From Tubulanus polymorphus (taxonomy: Eukaryota > Animalia > Nemertea): a stretch of DNA of 64,000 bases. Location of the stretch: assembly GCF_964204645.1 (NCBI RefSeq), contig NC_134029.1:1488001-1552000 (forward strand). Reading direction: 5' to 3'. The translations under genes and the position numbers were made by a program. The notes below the pieces were generated by a model, which saw only the letters and a list, made by a program, of their open reading frames with translations, was not told the DNA's origin and did no database searches. Of this stretch, positions 42,215 to 64,000 are shown one piece after another; positions within the stretch are counted from its first letter, which is position 1; each line of letters opens with the position of its first letter.

Positions 42215-42897
42215 ATGATGGATATTGGTGATGATGATAGAACTGGTGATGGTTGTTGTTTGACTAATCAATCAGTTGATATCAACAATCTAAGTTGTAT
42301 CGGAGCGGATCTGTATGTGCAAACAGCAGATCATATTGTATTAGGTATGTATGTAATAATAGTCAGTAACCTGTCTGTGGTCGAGTTTTCCAAACCACAA
42401 AAGTATTAGCCCATTCGATTATATCAGCTTACCACCAACGATTAGGTTACAACTAACTATGAAGACAATCCATTTGAACCCACAGAATAACTCAATTCGG
42501 CTTTCAATGCACCAACTACTAGTAGTAGGCTGCTAACAGTGTGCGAGTATTACTTCAAACACTGTGGTCTTGTCACAGACTCAATGAACAGTCCACTATG
42601 GGGTACCGGTACACTTAGTCTCGGGGAACCAACATTCGAATGACCTATCAAAATAAACCGACAAACTCAACTGGAGACAACTGAGTTAAACTAACCGAGG
42701 AATTATGAACTCGATCCATTAATGTTGTTGTGATATTTTTCAGAAGAATGCGGCGCCGATGCTGTTTTCGTATCGACCGACGATAAAGTTTCGTTGAACA
42801 GCGGTTTACAAACTCTGAACAGTAACGAAAATAAACTACGTCTACCGTCGTTAGGCAGTATTTCAGACATCGATATCGGGGACAGTATTCAATCATA

Positions 42898-42928
<31 letters not shown>

Positions 42929-45900
42929 CAGCAGTATCATCACTGTCATAAACAACAGCAGAATAATAACTGTTCAACTATAGATCATCAGTCACTGGCA
43001 GCATCGCAACCAGCAGCAGATCAAAATATTCAGGTTCGATGCGTTGAATCAAATTATCTTCTTTAACAGGGGCAGATCTACGGTCTGCTTCAGATAGGGG
43101 TGCACCGCTAAAATAGGGCAGCCACATATATAATTGGAAGGGCATCCACAAAGAAAACTCATCGGAAAGAATTAACTCATTTTTTGGAAATACAGAGAAG
43201 CAGCTTACGTATCTTAGGTGCCAATTTAATATTTGTCATTTTCCCATAAAATTACAACTCAACATTATAAGGAGATGGTGTCCACCCCTGCACCCTCCCC
43301 TTTGATCCACCCCTGTAAAGAAGAAACTTGCCCAAGATTTTTACAAATTGATTCAAGGATCAGAAAGTCCTGAGACGCAATGAATATCGCGTTAGTTTTG
43401 TATTTCAGATTCGTCCTCTTGTTTTACACACTTGTTTCTGGGAAGGATGTCGTTTATTCTTCGAGAAATTAGAAGAATTAGTTTATCACGTGACGACTGC
43501 CCATGTGAAACTAGATTCAAACATGGAGTATGTTTGTATGTGGGACGGTTGTACGAGGAAGCGTAAAGGTTTTAACGCCAGGTTTGTCCAAGTATTTATT
43601 CCACCTTCTCTTAATTTCGAATTAATTGTAGAATTTGAACTAATTAAGAATGATAAGATAAAATCCCACTATTTACAGATTAAAAGAATTTAAAAACAAG
43701 AATTTATTTATTAAATCTAAAATATTTAAAAGACACGACGTTTCGATCTCACCCTAAAGATCATCGTCAGGTGTGAGAAATAGGCTTAAAACAGGGGTAT
43801 ATATACTTACTCAATTAACCTGTCCTCCTCTGTTTATATACCCCTGTTTTAAGTCTATTTCTCACACCTGACGATGATCTCTAGGGTGAGATCGAAACGT
43901 CGTGTCTTTTAAATATTTTAGATTTAATAAATAAATTCTTGTTTTTAAATTCTTTTAATCTGTAAATAATGGGATTTTATCTTATTATCCGTTCACCACG
44001 TTTGAGTGTGGTTATCGTTCTATTAATTAAGAATGAATTGTATTTTGTAGGTATAAGATTCTAGTACATTTGCGAATACACACTAATGAAAGACCGCATC
44101 AATGTGAAATATGTAAGAAGACTTTCACCAGAGTTGAAAATCTGAAAATTCATAATCGTTGTCACACAGGTATGTGCTGTATTTCCTCACTCGGGCAGGT
44201 CACAGGTACTTAGAAGCTGGTTACATAGCGATAATTAAAAGTTCATTGTTACTATGGTATTAATAATAATAATAATAATTAGTGCTTATATAGCGCCTTT
44301 CCAATGAATGCTCAAAGCGCTGTCACTCAATTATTACCCAGCTTCTGTTACCAATCCAGTACATTCTTACTCTCCCTGGGGAGATGCAACACCGATACGC
44401 TGCAGAGTGATCAAGGCGTCGTCAGCCAGTAGCAATTGTGAATTAATGCCTTGCCTAAGGACACTACAGCACAGCCGGGGTTCGAACACACAACCTCCCG
44501 ATTGGGGGGCGAGCACTCTACCACTAAGCCACACTGCTCCACAAGCCACACTGCTGGTATTTATCCAGCGGTCATCTAGAAATCAACATTTGAGCAATTG
44601 GGCCCTGAATTTTCAGTTTGATGATTAATAATCGTCATTGCGAAGTTTTTGGAAGTAATTTGACTGATAGGTGTTAAATGTATTACAGGTGAAAAGCCGT
44701 ATGTTTGTCCGTATGAAGGATGTATGAAAGCGTACGCGAACTCGAGCGACCGATTTAAACACGTACGTACTCACGCTCTACAGCAGCCATACTGCTGTAA
44801 GATGCCCGGTTGTAATAAACGTTACACCGACCCGAGCACGTTGAGGAAACACGTACGAGCTCATAAACACTATACAACGCGACCGGAAATCGGGGAATCC
44901 CCGCCTAAACGACCGCGTCTCATCGGAGCAGAGATACCGATCTTACCGGCTTCTCAAATCGCTCAACAATTAATGACTGTCGATAATTCGTCTTTCGGTT
45001 CGGGTTTCAATACGAGACACAAGGATTTTACACCGCTCTTAACAGCGCCATCTATTAGTAGAACGAGACGTGATCACATTCTCGAAACGAACGCTTCTTC
45101 AAAAACTAGCGACGAAAATAAAACTGATTTCGTTCGTAAACTGACGTCGTCTCGTTGTAATTCGAGAATCATCGCGACCGAATCGGGTAAAATCGCCGAA
45201 CCTCAGGTGCTCAGTCCGACGTTTATAGTGTTAACCGACGGCACTACGAACACACCGCCAAATCTGACAAACGAAGTTGTCAAAGTCGAAAAAATCGAAC
45301 AAAAACCGTTTGTGAATACTCGTAACGAGTCATCATCGTTTTCATCATCGCAATCATCATCGTCACTTGCAACGACGGAGCAGACGGGTAAGAGTAAAGT
45401 ACGGACAGCGATCAGGTCGCTATTAAACTCGCGCCTGAATACGGACACCGATACAGATACGAGCACCGTGCAATCGGTGATGAAATCATTATTCAACCCG
45501 GTCGTCGACAACAATACAATCAGTTGTTGTTACCCGGCAACGACGACGAGAGAATCGTCGCCGATGTTGTTTAATACGTCAAGCGGGGGTAACCGTGGCG
45601 ACGAGTTAACAATTAGATCGATCATGAGAACGATGTTTACGTCGGAGAATTCGAATAACAGTTCAGTGATATCACAGAACGAGTCGTCGACCGGCGAGTC
45701 GTCGACTAGTGGCGAGTCGTTAACCGTTCATGCTATTCTGAAATCGTTACACACATTCATGGGTTCGTCATCGTTACCTGGTTCTCTGCCCGGTTCATTG
45801 CCCGGTTCTCCGCTACCCGGAATATTCCTTTTGAATTCTGAATCGGATCCAGAAAATAGTTTAGAATCGACGACGACAACTTGTCGAAATGAGGATAAAT

Positions 45901-45980
45901 CTTCACCGTCCCTCGATGAGGATAAATGTCAGGAAATACCGTTAGATTTAACTCAGCAGTTAGCTGAGGATTTTACTTAA
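42215..45980 (+). CDS. GLIS2: GLI-similar 2 zinc-finger transcription factor, 5 coding exons
   Basis: Exons 42215-42344, 42744-43033, 43409-43581, 44051-44169 and 44689-45980. Five C2H2 fingers with [57 protein letters not shown] (GLIS2/sugarbabe type). C-terminal PLDLT CtBP-binding motif; AATAAA at ~46289. Exon 1 is less certain. Confidence 0.92.
43654..44023. mobile_element. Penelope-like inverted-repeat insertion
   Basis: Near-perfect ~150-bp inverted arms (~43652-43804 / 43835-43989) with a ~34-bp unpaired tail. A 13-bp direct repeat taattaagaatga lies at 43641-43653 and 44024-44036. Each arm has a hammerhead core. Confidence 0.8.
43864..43905 (+). ncRNA. Minimal hammerhead ribozyme (Penelope type); mirror copy on - strand at ~43733-43774
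   Basis: ACAC-CUGACGA-U-GAUCUC[UAGGGU]GAGAUC-GAA-ACGU-C^-GUGU: intact core, 6-bp stem II, palindromic ACGU helix III, GUC cleavage triplet at 43899-43901 and 4-bp stem I. Confidence 0.75.
44262..44554 (-). mobile_element. tRNA-derived SINE (CORE-like middle, L2-like tail)
   Basis: A box TGGCTTAGTGG and B box GTTCGAACC. Middle gtgtccttaggcaaggcattaa; 3' end agcgctttgag...aaggcgctatataa followed by (TTA)n. TSD tggtatt at 44255-44261 and 44555-44561. Confidence 0.85.
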
Positions 45981-47289
45981 TTCAATCGTGTTCACTTTTG
46001 ATTTGCTTTGTCCCCGACATGTATGTTGTTTTCCCGGACTATTCCCTGACATGCACGTTGTTTTCCCAGACTTAATCTGCTAAGAATCCAATCATTTAAC
46101 ACAGTCAATTATATAAGACATAGATGAAAACTGTTTGTATATCTGTGATGTAGCAATCTCAACAGTTTCACGCTCTCGGGCAGGCGTTGTAAACATGGCA
46201 GGCGTTGTAAACATGGAAGGTAGGGGTCGCGTTGTGTTATTCTACAATGGATCTATTATGATTATAAGTTTATATTGTTGTTAATGAAAATAAAGAAAAT
46301 CTTAGTACTTAATTAAATCATATTTTTGATTATCATATGTTCTTATCTAAATGACGTTTTGAGATTTAAGAGACTTAAGAGTAAAGACTGGTCGATAGTT
46401 AAACTAAAAGCCATTGTTTGAGAAAATCACTTTGTTTTATTCTCAATTTTCAATACAATTATATAATATATTATATACTACTGCAATACATTTATAAATA
46501 GATAATTATACAGAATATATATAGAATTATGTTTATATTTTACAAAATTGATGTCATTGGTGCTCGGACAAGAAAAAACACTAACACTACGGTACTCAAA
46601 AATAGGACAAAAATCCAGTGAGTTAGTTACAAAAAATCTACTATTCTAATCATTCGAATTCATGTAAAAATAGAATAGTTCATAATTAAAGATTATATAT
46701 GACAAAATATTTATCAACCTAAACTATAAAATTCATCACAAGTATTTTTGATCTTATGGAGGGTTTATAAAATAGGCTCTCATTATTTGGCATTGCGAAA
46801 GAATTTGGCACATTCCTCATTCAGTGAATCATTGATATGAATAGTTTAGGTTCCAATGTACTGACCTCGGCTTCGAAATATTCATGTACAAAAACTAGTA
46901 GTGTAGAAGTTCAAATAACAACTGACCTGGTCTAAACTACAGGAGACTGCATTTACCCCGCAGTCAATTGCCTCAGATTATTACAATTTTTCATAATTCA
47001 TCGTGATAACAACCCATCCCTGCTCTGACTCCCCGTAATTCACGTTCCTTTAAAGAGAATTTATTGATCCTAAGAGATCTAAGGCAAGCGGAGTCTACTG
47101 TACATATTTACTATATCACATAAAGCTCTCGAGTGTTTAACAAACCTCTATGGAATTATGACGAAGAAAGTTCAAAATATCTAACAGTTCTTTCAGACAC
47201 TCTTTAAGAATGAAATATATTTCTGGATGCAGAAATTGTGAGGAGGATCTGACGAATACTGGTCGAGCACGTAACATTCAAACAGCGTG

Positions 47290-60169
<12,880 letters not shown>

Positions 60170-60299
60170 CTTGTTGATATCAAACAGCGTATTTATAGTT
60201 ATTGAACGTGTTCAGTCACATCACTGAGAGCTGACATTTACTGAACCAGCGTAAAACACACACCCGTGAAATTACCAACCAGCACCGCGTACTGAACTG

Positions 60300-60520
60300 T
60301 CAAACTTCTAAATTGACTAAGGATGGCTCCCAATATACCAAACCCACAGAATCCATTCGGAGCCGCCCGCATGTCGCGTCGGGTGAATATCGCTTTTATT
60401 CACCTGAGGGCGCTTATTTGTTTACAAATGGCGGACACTAAACTTCCGGTCCAATAACATCGGATTATAAAGATTATCCGATTATCCCGTTAAATTAATT
60501 ACTGTTAATTAATCAGGGTA
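60300..60520. promoter_or_regulatory. Bidirectional promoter between ABCC1 and the kinesin gene
   Basis: The two ATGs are ~430 bp apart and divergent. YY1-like aaatggcgg (~60426), ETS/GABP acttccggt (~60442) and ccaat (60451) are clustered. Confidence 0.6.
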
Positions 60521-60599
60521 GCAGCAGCAGCAGCAGAGTAACACCGCTCAATTCAGTAGATCTATCGGTCGTTTCACGAATATAGACCGACTGGACATT

Positions 60600-63500
60600 A
60601 TGGTAAATACCACCTCAAACAAGTCAAAATAATGACGACACTGTCAGACTGACAACATAAACAAAAAATTTTTTTTTAAATTATTGATGAAAAAAAACAA
60701 TGTCAATGATATACTCTTCCTGCTCTTTCTCCACGGACCCACTCAGCATGAATTTAAGGATAACAATTCAAACAATTGCCCTACTACGCTTAGACTTTTT
60801 CATGAAACTGAACCTCAGCATTGTCATTCAGAACGTAAAAAAATGTTCTATTTTTTTAGCCATCGATTAAAGTTGTCTCCGTGGTTCGACCGTTCACAGA
60901 AGCTGAAGAGAATAAAGCAGCGAAACGAGCTGTAAAAATATCCGGTGATAAAACAACCGTTGAATTCGGTGGAAAGGTCACTATTCGATTCAAAAGTCTT
61001 TATTACTTTCTTCAAGTATATACAACATCCAGTGACACTGATTCAATTCTCTTCTTTTAGGAACAAACATTCGCTTTAGATGGTGGATACTCCTGGGATG
61101 CAAAATTGGTAAGTTCAATGTATAATATAATCAATATTCTATTTGCCCTCTGTTTTATTCTATTACTATCTGGAAAGTCTGTTGAGATGTTTTTGTATGA
61201 AAAAAACTGACTTTTAATGAAAATTATTCTTAAAATATTATTATTATAATTATCTATTTTCATTTGAGTCATTTCCAGTTAAAAAACATTTTACTCTCAA
61301 AGTTGTTTTTTTTTCAGGGTCAAATTTTCAAGGAATGTTGTGAACCATTGGTTCTAAAAGCTTTAGATGGAAATAATGTGACAATAGTTGCTTTCGGTGC
61401 AGTACGTTCTTTTTTAAACCCATTCTAATAATTCAAATATAAAATGTAATGTGAACTTTTAGGAGCCATTCGTACAGTTGTTGTGTGTATATAAAATTTC
61501 GTTGATTTTAGAATTGCAAGAACCTGTAATTTCAAGCTTAAAAATTTTGTATGTACATGTGGTTTGTGAATGGTCCCTTGTTGCAATATTTGAAATTAGG
61601 GAAATGGAATGTTAACTCAGGTTAGGCCTAAGTTTGACTAATGTGTTAGAAAGTTCAAATGTTTTAACTGTCAAACTTTCCCAAGAACTCGGCATCAACC
61701 ACAAAAAGACCCTTTATCTTCACCAGTTTTGGTTAAGATTTGACTCAAGGTTTTTAAAATCCAATCTACCTATTAATCTTCAGAACTGTAATGATTAGAT
61801 AGATGATTTATCTCATCTTAAAAAAGAACATTTTTATTATCTATTTCAATGTGTTTTTGCAGCCTAACTTTTATTGTAAACTGCATTTAGATGTAAATGC
61901 CTATTATCATAATCATTTATCAAAACATTATATCTTCAAATCTTAACTGACGACTATCAAACTGGATCTTAGTGTCTATTGTTTGTTTAAATTCAGACAG
62001 GAAGTGGTAAAAGTGTTCTGTTGCACGGAACTGAAGAAAATCCAGGAATTATTCCATCAGTAAGTCTACAACAGCAGTGAAACTACATACAGTTATTCTC
62101 AATTAACTCACAATCTGCACACATTCTCTTACAGTTGAATCAAAGTTTGTTCAAATCGATCGATGGAACTTCGTCAAAACAATTTTTCGTTACAATCTCG
62201 TTTGTTGAGGTAATCTTTTATTCTTTTTCATAAAAAATGAAATCTGAAACTAAATCAGATGTGAAATGAAGATTTCTCTTGGATAATTTCAGATACTCGA
62301 AAATAAAATGACTGATTTGTTGAATCCACATACCAATATAATGAAACTACGTGAACACGCTCAACTGGGAATGTAAGATATTCTCTTCTATACGATATGT
62401 ATACAGTGTCTATCAGTGAAACTTTCTGCTATAAAGTTGTTGTGATTGTGATGATCATTTTGTTGACAACTTATCTATGATGACTTACACAAATTATGAC
62501 TCAAAAATAGAGATAACTTTCACAATGTGTTGACTTGATTAAAGCGAGTTTGACAGTACAACAACTGAAATCCCACAATAACTCGGCCAAAGATGTTAAG
62601 TTCATGAAAGGAATAACAGCCATCATCAGGCGTACTGATGAGTACTCAAGAACTTAACACTGGTTGAATTATTGTAGGATTTCTCATGTATTCATCTTAC
62701 ACGAGTATTGTGTATCTTCTGGATTGTACAATTAATCTGTGTTGTAGATTTGTAGATGGACTGTGTGAACTGGTAGTTCGAAGTGAAGACGATATTTCGA
62801 GGCTTTATCAACAGGGAAACCGAGCTAGAAAGATGGGAGCTCCGGATATCCGCTCTCACAAACAAAGGTAAAATCAACCACTCTCAATATGAGGGACACT
62901 CAGCCTTATGAAAAGAATATTTTCCTTTGGTCTTCTGAAAAACTATGGCAATTTTTAGGGCAACTTTTCCACACGCAACTAAAAGAGCAGCATGAGATTT
63001 GGGCTTGTATGCCACTGCCTACATTCTCTTTACTGTCAGCCAAGTGGCTGGAGATTGCATAAGGATTTCATAACTTCCCAGATCCCCGTTTTGGTTTGTG
63101 CATAATTGCTCTGCGTGGATACAAATTGCCATTTAACTTTGCCCTTTTCGTGTCTTTATGCTTCTGTTTTCAGTAGAAACATATTTTTTTGTGGAATTTT
63201 AATCAGCGTTTAAACTGCTGATTTGTAATATTTTGATTGTTTAGATCACAAGCTGTGTTTAGTATAACAGTTGAACAGCGGGATGTAAGAAGCAGTAAAG
63301 TAGGTGTGAAGTCAGTAATTCGACTGGTTGATCTGGCAGGAATAGAGAATACTGACGCTGACAGTCCCGACGACGCTAACAGTATGGGAGTGATGCTCGA
63401 TGTTATCAAATGTCTCGGAGATCCAAAGAAAAAGGGTGGACATATACCTTACAGGAATTCCTGTATCACTAGACTTCTGCAGGTACAGTAGACTTAGCTT

Positions 63501-63936
63501 TCTAAATTTGGCCCTACAGTAAAAATTAAACTGTAGTGTTACAACATCAGAAATTAACTAATTTTAATTCTGTGCTCCGGAACTGAGTCTTGTTCGTAAT
63601 GATTGTTGAATTGTTATTATAGGATTCGTTTGGTGGAAATGCGTTAACGTTGATGTTTGCGATGTTATCTCCTGCAAGTCTCAGCTATCAGGAGTCTCTC
63701 AACACGCTGCAGTTCGCTCAATTCACCAGAAACATCAAGAATTCACCGAAAGTGAACCTAGTAAGAATATTGCTAATATTGAATATAACTGCTGTATGAT
63801 TGTCGCTGATCGCTGGTTTCTATTTTAGAGCGAAGTTGAACATATAATTCACAGTTTAAGAGAAGAAATCACGCGTCTTCGAAATAAACTCAATAATTCA
63901 GCGACGATGACTAAAGATGACGTTCTGACTCTTGAG
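60600..63936 (+). CDS. N-terminal-motor kinesin-like protein with degenerate switch motifs (partial, continues past window)
   Basis: Exons approximately 60600-60602 (ATG only), 60860-60976, 61061-61108, 61318-61401, 61997-62059, 62134-62208, 62293-62372, 62748-62867, 63245-63483, 63623-63760 and 63830-63936. [10 protein letters not shown]-loop [59 protein letters not shown], then a neck coil. Confidence 0.9.
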
Positions 63937-64000
63937 GTATGGTAGGCTACCAGGACACAGCTCGTCAAACCCAACTCACAACTGTGCAACTAGATCCTGT

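Noticed and set aside
44308-44628. 106-aa and 60-aa ORFs in a GLIS2 intron
   Set aside because: They lie within the SINE/MITE insertion.

Overview
Intron-rich, AT-rich animal genomic DNA. A lophotrochozoan (spiralian) invertebrate is most likely from gene content, but the species cannot be fixed from sequence alone. Reading splice sites by hand gives seven protein-coding genes. In order: a single-coding-exon Cys-rich proneuropeptide (CLCCY-like, +); a 15-exon IQ+RhoGAP gene resembling a myosin-IX tail without the motor (+); Hand (-); TFAP4/AP-4 (-), with a tRNA-Lys(UUU) in intron 1; GLIS2 (+), head-to-head with TFAP4; a complete ABCC1/MRP1 (-) with a duplicated, probably mutually exclusive TM10-11 exon; and, head-to-head with it, a kinesin with degenerate switch I/II motifs (+) that runs off the window end. 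Repeats include a 5'-truncated LINE, a tRNA-derived SINE nested in a MITE, Penelope-type palindromes carrying minimal hammerhead ribozymes, several MITE families, a (TA)119 tract and minisatellites. Best leads: the MRP1 exon switch, the motor-less myosin-IX-like RhoGAP, the pseudokinesin, the TFAP4-GLIS2 microsynteny with an AP-4 site cluster, and the hammerhead palindromes. All homology calls are from memory of the families; no searches were run.
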